Below are positions 12,712-23,370 of a stretch of DNA of 64,000 nucleotides, one piece after another (the first letter of the stretch is position 1; each line of letters begins with the position of its first letter). The stretch comes from Octopus sinensis (Eukaryota), in the NCBI RefSeq assembly GCF_006345805.1, contig NC_043026.1, forward strand, positions 3,348,001-3,412,000. Direction: 5' to 3'. A program made the translations under genes and the position numbers. The notes under the pieces were generated by a model, which had not been told where the DNA came from, did no database searches, and worked only from the letters and a program-made list of their open reading frames with translations.

Positions 12712-13296
12712 TGTAAGAATTAGCACTTCCTTCTCAAAGCTTGGATTCGAAATCAGACCCAAGAATCATTGGTCGTAAAATACCAATGCACAAAAAGGCG
12801 CGAAATCAGAATCTCTTTGTTCTGACAAAAAAATGATGGATCGTCTCCCTTCGACCTCTGACCCGAGCAGGTCAGACGAAGTTTAACAGGACGACCAGCG
12901 ACCTACTTTAATGATAACTCTCTTGCGGTATATCTATTTTTCTGGCTATTTGAGATGTTATAAATAGAACGGAGAAATAGGTATCTGCAGAGAACCCGAA
13001 CCAACGCTATTGAGAACGCCACGCATTTATGAGGACGACGAAAGAATATTCAGAAAGGTGACTCTGTACTGCATGATTTACACATACACACACACACACA
13101 CCATCAAACATATTCTGCTTTAATGTGTATCATGTATTATGCATTCCTTTAATATGTATTATTTGCAACCACTATTTAATATGCATTTTGTACAAGCGAT
13201 GTGTAGCATTGCTTACAAATTGATGTAGTGATAATAAATCTTTAATTTATTACAAAACACTTATGTATTTATTAATACATCCACGCATCCACTACA
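12712..13296 (+). repeat. 3' LTR, 585 bp
   Basis: Starts TGTAAG after the PPT and ends CTACA before the TSD; TATAAATA at 12959 and AATAAA at 13233. Confidence 0.9.
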
Positions 13297-13742
13297 ATAT
13301 GACTGGTGTGTCCTGGAGTTCCTGTCAACGAATTTTGGGAATGAAAAGAGTTGCAACCAAATTTGTGCCTCACTTCTTCGTGGAAGATCAAAAGCAGTCA
13401 TGACTGAACGTGTGTCAAGAACCGAAGGAACGGTTGGAAGTTGATCTGGACCTTTTTTTTCGAAGGTCATCTCCGGGGACAAAAACTGGTGCTAGGGAAT
13501 TTGCAGATGTGGAAGAGGTGAAGAAGAAAAAATGAGGGATGCGTTAAAGGGCAACACTTGGCAAGAGTTCCAGCACTGCTTCCAACGGTGGAAAATGCAT
13601 CCGGACCGAGGCATTGGTTCAAATGGAGAATAAGTTATGTGAAGGCGATAAAAGTGTAAACACGTAAAACTAAGGGAATAGAATAACATTGCGAAATTCC
13701 GGCTCCTTCTGGATGTCTGTGTGTGCGCGCGCATGTATGTAT

Positions 13743-14147
13743 ACTCTTTTACTTGTTTCAGTCATTTGACTGCGGCCATGCTGGAGCACCGCCTTTAGTC
13801 GAGCATATCGACCCCGGGACTTATTCTTTGTAAGCCCAGTTCTTATTCTATCGGTCTCTTTTGCCAAACCGCTAAGTGACGGAGACGTAAACACACAAGC
13901 ATCGGTTGTCAAGCAATGCTAGGGGGACAAACACAGACACACAAACATATATACACACACACTTATATATATATGCATATATACGACAGGCTTCTTTCAG
14001 TTTCCGTCTACCAAATCCACTCACAAAGCATTGGTCGGCCCGGGTCTATAGCAGAAGACACTTGCCCAAGATGCCACGCAGTGGGACTGAACCCGGAACC
14101 ATGTGGTTGGTTAGCAAGCTACTTACCACACAGCCACTCCTGCGCCT
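13743..14147 (-). mobile_element. SINE family A, full length
   Basis: Reverse complement of 1582-1984. Confidence 0.85.
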
Positions 14148-14149
14148 AT

Positions 14150-16350
14150 TTGGACAAATATTTTTGAAATCTCCCAACTGCATCAGGGTAGAGAGATTTC
14201 AGGGTGCTGTGTGTGTTCTGTGTTCTGTGTAGGATTTTAATGTGTTGCGGTGGTGTTGTGCGTTGGTGATTCTTTGTTTTGGTATCATTTTCGGTTATGT
14301 TGGTGTTTCACCTAATGTATTCCATTAGGTCGGCGTTGTTGGTGTTTATGGCTGTCAACATTGTTGGGGGGGGGTGTTTGTGTTGATATGCTTGTTTTCT
14401 GCGGATGTTTTAGTTTCGGGAGTGGTAAACCTCCCTGCTTTGCTTGTCTGCTTCTCTATTCATTTTTCCCCCTTTTCTCCCCCCCCCCCACCCGTGGCTA
14501 TTTGCCAATCCTCTGTGTCGTCTTCATCTGATGACATGTCAGAGGAATCAGAGAGTGGGAGGGGAAGTGTATTGTGGTCTATTTCTTACTGTATTGACTT
14601 TGTTGTTGGCGTTGGTGCTGGTTGGTGACCGTTGGGGTGTGGTGTATGGGTTTTGGGAGGTGGGGTATGAGTATTTTCTGTTTGTGTGATTGTAGGTATT
14701 GTTGTGGGGTGTGTGTTGTTGGGGGATTGGGAGTAGTAACTGTCTCTTCTTCATTCATTGTAGTTGTTCTTGGTGTTGCAATTGGTTTATCTTTAGTTGG
14801 TGGTGGTGGTGGTGTTGTTTCTGTTCTTGGCGCAGGTGGTGGTGTTGTTTGGTTGGGTTGGTTCGTTCGTTGTTGCTTTTCTTGCATTTCTGCGTATAAC
14901 TGCTTGATCAGTTGTGCATATTGTAGTGTGCGAAATAATGCTGTTTTTTTTTTGGTTTTTCCTGCGGTTGTTGTTGTTGCTGTTGTTTCGCGGAAGATTT
15001 GCAATCCTTTTTAAGGTGTGCTTCACTGCCGCATATATAGCAGCGTGGTCTTCTGCCCTCGACTACTACATACAATTTGTGGTCCTCCGATAGATGTATA
15101 TGGGTGGGTATTTTATTAATGGCGTCTTGGTTTATGTGGAGAAGAATCTCCAGTCTCTTTTCCACCCAGTTTTTGTGTGCAGAAACAGCGATTTGTAGGA
15201 TATTTATGTCCTCCATTTCGACACATATGGCTGATGTTACCCAGAGTCTGTCTGCTATTTGAGGAACATTGTTGATTATGACTTTTGTTACCTTCTGGCC
15301 AAGGTAGCTGGGTATCATTATTAGGTCGTCTGAATGAAGAGTTAGCGTTGAGAATTGTTTTGCTAACTCTTCATTTTGAAAAACCACTTGTACATGGGCA
15401 AACTTGTTCCACCATGTCACATACTCTTTATATCCCCAGATAGGGCGTAGGTATTTTTTATTTTTGTCTGTGTTTGCTTTTTCTGGACTTTTAGTTGTAC
15501 TGTTTGTTATTTTATATATAATTGTTTTTTTTTTTCGTCATCTAGTATATGTTGTGGTATATTTAGTTGCACTTTGCCATTTTCTTTGGTGACTAATGCT
15601 TTAGTATCTTTTATCTGCTGTGCAGTAAAAGATACTATTGTCTTTTTTCTTTTATCGCCTCGGCGAAATTTGTTGTTGTTTTGTTGTTGTTGTTGTTGTT
15701 GTTGCTGGTGGTGGTGGTGGTGGTGGTGTTGGTGTTGATGGCAGAGGTGACAGTTGTGGGTATATCCCGTGTATGGCTGTTGATTATGCAACTAGGAAGA
15801 GGTGGAAAATTGTTTGCATAATTTGCCCCTGCATTTGAGCAGATTTCGGCAATTCGTTTGGTGGTCGTGGCTTTTTCTTTCTCTCCTTCAGTTGTTGGTG
15901 GTGGAGGGAGCAAGGGCTGAAGGGAATTGTTGTTGTTGTTGTTGTTATTGTCGTTCTTGGTGGTGTCAATGGCAGGGGAGGCAGCCGTAGCAGCAGATAT
16001 TGAAGTGGTGGCGTTGGTATTGACGGCATGGTCTTTGGTGGCGGTGACGGTGAATGGCCTAGCGACCTTGGTTTTGTTGTTGTTGGTGGTGGTAGTGGTA
16101 TCGTTAGCACAGGAAGCAGTTATAGTAACCGGAAGCCACCGTGGTGGTGGTGTCGGTGTTGATGGTGGAGTCATTGGTGGCGGTGACGGTGAATGGCCTT
16201 GCGACCTTGGTTTTGTTGTTGCTGTTGTTGTTAATGCTGATGGTGGTGGTGGTGGTGGTGTTCAAGCTGTCAGGTTCAGCTAAAAGTGGCGGGAAATCTT
16301 GCTCGTTTGTTCCGGCGTCACGCTTGACTTGCGCCTTGGCCTGAACCAAT
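14150..16350 (-). mobile_element. Tx1/L1-type LINE ORF1 (gag-like) remnant with CCHC knuckle and T/N/Q low-complexity regions
   Basis: 14908-15420 encodes ...VTKVIINNVP...LYVVVEGRRPRCYICGSEAHLKKDC (CX2CX4HX4C); frameshifted upstream pieces rich in ACA/AAC/CAA codons with repeated (D/N)FPPL; no ORF2 follows. Confidence 0.7.
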
Positions 16351-16574
16351 CAAGAAAAAGAAAAAGGGGGCAAAGCAGCGGAAGTCGTAGGGGGAGGTGT
16401 GATGGTCTACGTCCCCCAGAACAAATTATGTGCTAAGCTGCGCTCCGCGGTAATGACAGCGATGGCGTTGCCAGGGAGGATGACCGGGCAACACACGTTG
16501 GTTCCACATTGAAACATTCATCGAACGTGAAGGCACATCCATAGAGTAATCGCTATAGAAGTAGAAAAAGCTGC

Positions 16575-16738
16575 ACCAAATGCTTAGCATTTCGTCCTTT
16601 GCGTTCTGAGTTCAAATTCCGCCTTTCCTTCCTTTCGGAGTCGATAAATTAAGTACCAGTGAAACACTGAGGTCAATGTAATCGACTAGGCCCCTCCCCC
16701 AAAATTTCAGGCCTTGTGCCTCAAGTAGAAAGGATTAT
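16575..16738 (+). mobile_element. SINE family B
   Basis: CTGAGTTCAAATTCCGCC..GAGTCGATAAATTAAGTACCAG..CCCCCAAAATTTCAGGCCTTGTGCC..GTAGAAAGGATTATT. Confidence 0.7.
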
Positions 16739-17469
16739 TTATAGATTCTAGTCAGGCAGCGAACTGGCAGAATGTTTAGCGGCATTTCGGCCGTCTTTAC
16801 GTTCTGAGTTCAAAGTCCGATAAAATCAGTCAGCTACTAGGGTCGAAGTAATCGACTTCCATAAACAATCTCGATTGTTCACAAATAGGATAGGAACTAT
16901 AACAAGTCCACTGCTACTTCAGTTTTTCAACCCTTGAAGAACTGATTGTAAAAATGAATAAATTCAACGGGATTTGAACGCAAAACGTTCACAGTATATT
17001 GCATTCTCATCAAACCAGATTTCTTTAATAACCTTGAATGGCTGTTGATTAGATTCGTCAAAAAATTCTTGAAATTACGTCATGAAGGTTGACGGCAGAC
17101 ATTATGACGTTGGATTCCTAAAGAAACAAACTGAAGGTTTTTCTCACTTCTACTTGGCTTTCTTTAGAATTGGTGCTTCAAGTTAGTCACGGGTTGATTT
17201 ATTATATTTCTTATTGGTTTATTGGCTTTGAATTAATCCCTGTCTTATTTTCATAATTTAACTGATAACTTAATCAACCAACTCTCTTTTCCTTTCTTTT
17301 CTCCTTTCGTCTTAAAGACTTTCCTTTCTCTATTTCCGTCTTTAACACTACTTCTCTTTGTATTTTTGCCTGCTTCATTTGGTCATTAATAACCGACTGA
17401 TTCAAATATAACATTTATCATTCATTTTATTACAATTGAATTCACTGCCTTTATACAATGTCTCTTTTG

Positions 17470-17513
<44 letters not shown>

Positions 17514-17817
17514 TCTCTCCCTACCTTCCTTTCTCTGCATTTAAATATTTGGTTGATTGATTTCTAATTAATCAAACAACAAATTAGAATTATTTCTATT
17601 TAATTTACTGATATCATTATCAATCAATTCTTTCTTTCTCTTTCTATTTTCCTTTCGTTTGTAAGTTTACCTGTTTGATTAATTGTTTAATTACCTGTCT
17701 GGGCTTTTGCTTGTTTTGTTTTTAATCAATCTATTTCTTTTCACTTTAATTAAATAAGTAAAAGCGGCGACCAGGCAGAACCGTCGGCACGCCGGACAAT
17801 AGTGCTCAGCGTGACTA

Positions 17818-18118
17818 CTTCTTCTTCTTTGCTCCTTCTCGAGCCATGCCTGGCTCATAAGGGCCGGTTTCCCGGTTTCCTTGGCGTATAGGTTCCCCAC
17901 CTGGACGGGACACCGGTCCGTCGCAGGTGAGCTGCAAGATGCAGGAGGAAAGAGTGAGAGAAAGTCGTGGCGAAAGAGTCAGCAGAAGTTCGCCATTACC
18001 TTCTGCCGGAGCCGCGTGGAGCCTAGGTGTTTTCGCTCATAAAAACACACATCACCCAGACTGAGATTCGAACCCCGACCGCGAGTCCGCTGCTCTAACC
18101 ATTAGGCCATATGCCTCC
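17818..18118 (-). mobile_element. tRNA-derived SINE, family D
   Basis: Minus strand begins GGAGGCATATGGCCTAATGGTTAGAGCAGCGG..GGGGTTCGAATCTC (A and B boxes) and ends in an (AAG)n tail. Confidence 0.7.
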
Positions 18119-18593
18119 ACGTGATTTCTTCCAGAAGTATGAGGCGCAGTGTCGACTTTGCAGCTGGATTACATCCGAAAGGCGATCTACCCAGCGAACC
18201 TCTGGCCAAAACCTAACGGCCAAGATCCCTCTAGCTCGTAGGTTCACGCGCGCCCGTCGGCATCCGCAGCCACCGAGGAAAAGGGCCCTACGTTGGTCCT
18301 ACTTCTGTCCATCCCACGTGACCTTCCTCACTTCTGCTCTTCCGGTAGAACCCTTCAGCCGTTGACATCACTGACCCTTTACCAGCTTTATGTTCTGTAT
18401 CAAAATATCTGCCGAGATCGAATTTGCATTTCGTTCTTTCGAAATCGATAAAATAAGTCGATGTCAGCGAATAACCTCCCTCCCAGAAAATTTCACGCTT
18501 TGGGGCAAAGAGTAGAAAGAAGAAGTAATTAAGCGCAAACTTATCAGTCAGTCGTTGTTTTTCTGGTTGAAGCCCTCCATACAACCCGTCGAG

Positions 18594-18900
18594 TGAAGGC
18601 GCATGGCCTAGTGGTTAAGATATTCGGCTCACGACCATAAGGTCATGAGCTCAATTCCCGGCGACGCGTTGTGTCATTTGAGCAAGACACTTTATTTCAC
18701 GTTGCTCCAGTCCACCCAGCTAGCAAAAATGAGTTGTACCTTTATTTCAAAGGGTCAGCCTTGTCACACTCTGTGCCACGCTGAATTTCTCTGAGAACTA
18801 CGTTAAGGGAAACACACGTCTGTAGAATGCTCAGCCTCTTTTGCACGCTAATTCCACGAGTAGGCTGTTCCGTTGATCGGATCAGCAGGAATCCTCCTCA
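18594..18900 (+). mobile_element. tRNA-derived SINE with CORE-like block, family E
   Basis: GGCGCATGGCCTAGTGGTTAAG A-box, degenerate B-box, then TTGAGCAAGACACTTTATTTCACGTTGCTCCAGTCCAC CORE-like block. Confidence 0.65.
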
Positions 18901-18904
18901 TTGT

Positions 18905-19009
18905 ATACACCCCTCATATTTTTTTTCTCCATTTTTAGGAATTTTCAGGAAACGTTTCCGAATTTGTGTTCTACGATTATGAAAAAAAACAACAACTTAA
19001 AATCCACCC

Positions 19010-19057
<48 letters not shown>

Positions 19058-19420
19058 TCATCGTAAATCCTAAAAGTTCCACTCCTTTTCAATTATTTTT
19101 TGATCACGATTTAAAATATGGCCAGTCCGAATTTTTTGCTTAAATCCCAGCAATGGACCCCTCTTGGGGTGCACCCTCATTCCATCAAATGTATTCCTGG
19201 GGAGGAAAACATTGAAAGTCATCGTTACGTGTCAGAGTGACAAAGAAAAGAGAACATGGAATGTGCTAAAACCAACAGCTAAACCGCCCTTAAATCACAC
19301 ACTATTTTTTTCTATTGTTTTTTTCATAGTTGTATCAATTCCCAGGTGTAGAACACAAATTAGCAAAAACTTTCTGAAAATTCCTAAAAATAAAAACATT
19401 ATGGCGGCTTATGTGGGGTC
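18905..19420. mobile_element. MITE-like element with inverted ends
   Basis: 18931-18974 is an imperfect reverse complement of 19348-19391; no ORF; (CA)n inside; TSD not evident. Confidence 0.45.
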
Positions 19421-19769
19421 ATAAACCAGAATTCCAATTTTTTCTTTTCTTTTTTTCTTTGTTTTTCATTATTTATTTATTTGATTCCATTAATTCTTGT
19501 ATTTTAGGGTTTTTAAGCGAATAAATTGATGTCTTCATTGTTGTCAACAGGTACTGAGAGAACGTGTGACGTTCTGAGAGAACGTGTGACCTGCTTCATT
19601 TCCCCGGCAACACTTTCTTTAACCAAGTTCTTCACAGAGTAAACTCTGTCAGACTTCATTCCAATTTCACAGATGAAGCACCGCTTCAACGTTTTCCTTG
19701 TAAGAAATATCCCTTGATAAGCTACCCAAGCAATTCACTTTGAACGAACTTTTCGCAGAGGTGGTGAAT

Positions 19770-20318
19770 ATGAGTCATGAAGATGAATTAGGGAAGGACG
19801 AAACTATGGTGCAGGTGATAGATGAATTAAAAAGGGAGGAAAAGCAGATATCACAGGAGTTGAAGGAACTGAAGGAACTGGAAAAACAGATGAATAAAGA
19901 TCTAAAGGCAGGTATGAGCAAGTTAGAAGAGTTGGAAATACCCGAGCTAAAGGAACTGGAAACTCTGGAGCTGAAAGAACCTGAAGATCTGGCGATAGCT
20001 GAATTGGATGATCTAGAAGAACTGGAAGAACTGGAAGAAATGGAGATACCTGAGCTGAAGGAACTGAAGGAAGATTTAGAGGCAAGTGAGATGAAGGAAC
20101 TAGATCTCGAAATACCGGAGCTAAAGGAGCTGGAAGATCTGGAGATAAATGAGTTGAAAGATCTGGATGATCTGGAGATAAATGAGTTGAAAGACCTGGA
20201 TGATCTGGAGATACCTGAGCTGAAAGAACTGGAAGATTTGAAGATAATGGATGACACCGAACTGAATAAAGAGATAGAAGACTTGGAGTGTTTGAAGAAT
20301 TGGCGGCTCCACTGTTGA
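19770..20318 (+). CDS. Orphan acidic Leu/Glu-rich protein, 182 aa, with 11-aa repeats (LEIPELKELED / LEINELKDLDD)
   Basis: Uninterrupted 549-nt ORF; A at -3 of the ATG; repeat units differ largely at synonymous sites; candidate splice acceptors upstream (19550, 19672, 19758). No homology recognised. Confidence 0.65.
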   Translation: MSHEDELGKDETMVQVIDELKREEKQISQELKELKELEKQMNKDLKAGMSKLEELEIPELKELETLELKEPEDLAIAELDDLEELEELEEMEIPELKELKEDLEASEMKELDLEIPELKELEDLEINELKDLDDLEINELKDLDDLEIPELKELEDLKIMDDTELNKEIEDLECLKNWRLHC

Positions 20319-20612
20319 AAAAGAAATGTCAAATCTGTTTAAGTTTGCAATGGCAGTGTTAAAGTAATATCTTTGGTTTCATCCAAAGATTGGTTTCGTC
20401 AGAAAATATAATTCGGAATGTGAAAGTATATTCATTGTTCAAGATGTATTTCAGTCGATATAAAAGTTATAAAGATTAGATTTGCGCATAGCTGTTTGCT
20501 TATCATTTGCTATCATAACATATTATCTTTTTAACACACGTCATATGAATGTTTCTCACATGTATTTATAGACATTAGCTTAAATAATTTTGCAATTATT
20601 TGATTTCACTCC

Positions 20613-20765
20613 AAGGCGGCGAGCTGGCAGAATCGTTAGCACACCGGACAAAATGCTTAACCGTACTTCGTCCGTCTTTACAGTCTGAGTTCAAATTCCA
20701 CTGAGGTACACTTTGCCTTCGACTTAACCCCTCCTCACGAACTTACTAACCTTTTGCCAAAGTTT
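20613..20765 (+). mobile_element. SINE family B, internally deleted
   Basis: AAGGCGGCGAGCTGGCAGAATCGTTAGCAC head and CTGAGTTCAAATTCC B-box. Confidence 0.65.
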
Positions 20766-21270
20766 GAAACCGTTATTTTATTTCACTTTGCGGCATGTAC
20801 TGAAGATCGAATCAGTATTATTTCTGTAAGTATAAACTAAAGGAGAAATGGAGGTGCAAAACAGATAACAACTGATGGCTTTATTAAGCTACATCAGACC
20901 TCTTTCCTCCACGCTAAATATTAGCATGGAGTTAACAGTGCATAGGAATGTCTGGAAATTAGTAGCTAATAGGGAACCTATTTCGTTACTAGCAACTCGA
21001 TATAAACAAGAGTGCATTTTGCACCAAAATCCAGCTTGAGCGTTTCTCTCACGTTATCTGCCGCAGTATAGTTTGTTCTAACAGAACATCAATATCTAAG
21101 CAGAAATAAATATTATTTCTCAGTACAAATACTGCCTCTGTCGCTTATACACACACACACATATATATATATAGGTACTTAACTCATATAATATACATAC
21201 ATACATAACTATATATATATACATATACATATATGTGTGTGTGTGTGTGTATTTGTATTTATGTGTGTAT

Positions 21271-21322
<52 letters not shown>

Positions 21323-21589
21323 CATAGCTTTACAGGCTCTAGCTACCATACTACATTATAAAAATTACCGTAGATGTAATGCCATACTAAGACTTACGGA
21401 TTATGTACTTCATGGTACATATGTACACAATGTCACTGTTTACCTTCCATATCAATTTACACATAAGGCAAGGTCTCGTTGCAAACTACATATATCAACT
21501 AAACAAGGTCTAGCTACAATATTAAACGAATCAACTAGGTAAAGTATAACTAACATAATACATAACTGAGATCTTCCAATGGATGTTAT

Positions 21590-21990
21590 CGTTGACACCT
21601 TACTGGATAATTTGGTTGTTTTTCTTTTTTCCCAGTGTCTGAAACTGAAGGTGTGATTGTTGAACCTGGCTTTGAAATTCCCCTCTGTGAGACCCACATA
21701 TTTATTTGATGAAACAATGTCCTTAGTGGTTGTAGAGACTACAGTGGCTTCATAAATGATGGTCTCGGACATGCAGGCTCCATTTTCGCGGGCACAAATT
21801 TTTATCCCTGCATGAACAGCTGGTGGTCATTGTTGTTTTTATGTGTTGTGTGCAATTATATTTTTAAAATTAGTAATTGAGCTAAAACTAATTTTTAAGT
21901 TATGCCTATTAAAGAGCTTTCTGTAATTATGATTGATTGGAAAATGCCTATCTATAAGTGATAACGGTTGAAAAAAGAACAAAATAATTA
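21590..21990 (-). mobile_element. Penelope-like element remnant (GIY-YIG endonuclease region)
   Basis: LSLIDRHFPINHNYRKLFNRHNLKISFSSITNFKNIIAHN followed by IIYEATVV...KYVGLTEGNFKARFNNHTFSF..TTKLS, typical of the Penelope linker plus GIY-YIG. Confidence 0.7.
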
Positions 21991-22016
21991 AAAATGACAG
22001 AGAATACTGGAAGTAT

Positions 22017-23332
22017 TTAATATTTAGCTTCAATCACACTCTGACATCTTCGACTGCATGGGGAAATTAAATTTTCAATTTCTTGCTGTGTGATCTTATT
22101 CCATTCTTCCCGAAGGGCATTCCATAATTGCTCGGTTATTGTAGGATTTCTGGCATTCGAACGTTCTCCTAGAATATTCCACACATTTTTAATAGAATTG
22201 AGATCTGGGCTTTGAGCAGACCAATCCATAGCAATAACTTTTTCAGCCTTGAGGAAGTTCATGACCACCTTAGCCTTGTGACATGGGGCATTGTCCTGCA
22301 TGAATATGGGTGGTCGCTTAGTTGAATTTCTTAGCACAGGCAAGACATGATCTTTTACAAGTTGTTTATAAACTCCTGCGTTTACCTTTCCATGTAATCG
22401 CACCAAAGGGCCCACAACATCTCCAGATATCATCCCCCAAACCATGACACTTCCTCCACCAAATTTAACACTAGTCTTAAGGCATTTAGGCGACAATTTT
22501 TCACCTACTTTTCTACGAACGTACCTTTTCCCATCTGAGCCAAATTACATAAACTTAGATTCATCACTGAAATGCACCGTTTGCCATTTTTCTTGAAACC
22601 ACAACACATGTTCGGTTGCAAAGGTAAGGCAACACTTTTTATTCTTGGAGCTGATCAGTGGCTACACTGCAGGTGCTCTTGCTTGTAGGTCATGTTCAAC
22701 TAAACAACGAGACACAGTTTTTCGAGATAAAGTTTTCTTCAATACAATGCTCATTTTCCGAGAAACAGCAGCAGCAGTTTTAAATCTGTCCTTTTTAACC
22801 AACTTTACCATAGCACGATCTTCTCTCTTGGTCGTTTTTCTTGGCCTACCTGTAGACTTTCTTGCTTCACACGAATACCATGAACAACATTTTTTGACTT
22901 GTTAACAATCTTTGCAATAGACCCAATACTTAAATTATCCTTCTTTCGAAGCTTAATAATCTGCTGACGAATTAGTAACGGAGTAAGTGGCATTATATTA
23001 AAGTGCACTGCAGATATTCTTACTAATGTTTAGTAAACGAACCGTCACGTAAACAAATTCAAAACATTTGAGTTCGCCGGTTAAATATACTAAAACACGG
23101 AGTAAAAGCAACCGTTCTGATCATTTTGGCTGCCATGGGTTTTGCAGTAAATCACTAAATCATCCATAACTTTTGTATTATCCTCTCAAATTACACCAAA
23201 ATCGCAGACAATAACAAATAATGTCGTATTTATTGTCTGTGAAAATTATAGAAGATAAAACAACTTTGATAAGAAATTATACTTACTTTTCTGATGAAAA
23301 CAATGCCGTTCTGAACATTTTGACCGTAACTG
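22017..23332 (-). mobile_element. Tc1-family transposon (DD34E type), decayed, only the 5' TIR retained
   Basis: Transposase relic 22017-22993: TGRPRKT, VHFSDESKF, GGGSVMVWG, FMQDNAPCH, SPDLNSIKNVW (E to K); 5' end TA|CAGTTACGGTC at 23332; internal direct repeat at ~23111 and ~23305. Confidence 0.88.
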
Positions 23333-23339
23333 TATATAC

Positions 23340-23370
<31 letters not shown>

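Larger units (their letters stand above)
10279..13296 (+). mobile_element. Ty3/Gypsy LTR retrotransposon, internally deleted (CsRn1/Kabuki-like lineage by motif recall)
   Basis: TG...CA ends; ATAT target-site duplication at 10275-10278 and 13297-13300; 54 nt of 5' LTR (10279-10332) identical to the start of the 3' LTR; polypurine tract AGAAGGGGGG at 12699-12708. Confidence 0.93.
9810..13720 (+). mobile_element. Mariner-type DNA transposon (decayed), split by a Gypsy insertion
   Basis: TA plus TIR-like CAAAGGTGGACCCAAAAGTAATCGGAA at 9810; N-terminal HTH (GKTVAETVVMLQTAYKD..MSKTQVYEWF..F..G...LEDQPHSG) at 9988-10278; resumes at 13297 with MTGVSWSSCQRIL.MKRVATKFVP..FSKVISGDKNW, then jumps to the C-terminus (EFADVEEVK..FQRWK); degenerate right TIR near 13697-13720. 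Confidence 0.85.

Noticed and set aside
17818-18900. tRNA-like sequences with A/B boxes
   Set aside because: No complete cloverleaf, and they continue into SINE bodies, so they are SINE heads rather than tRNA genes.
19775-20332. 185-aa Ser-rich ORF antisense to the orphan ORF
   Set aside because: It is the expected shadow of a GAA/CTG-rich sense frame; synonymous variation supports the plus-strand frame.
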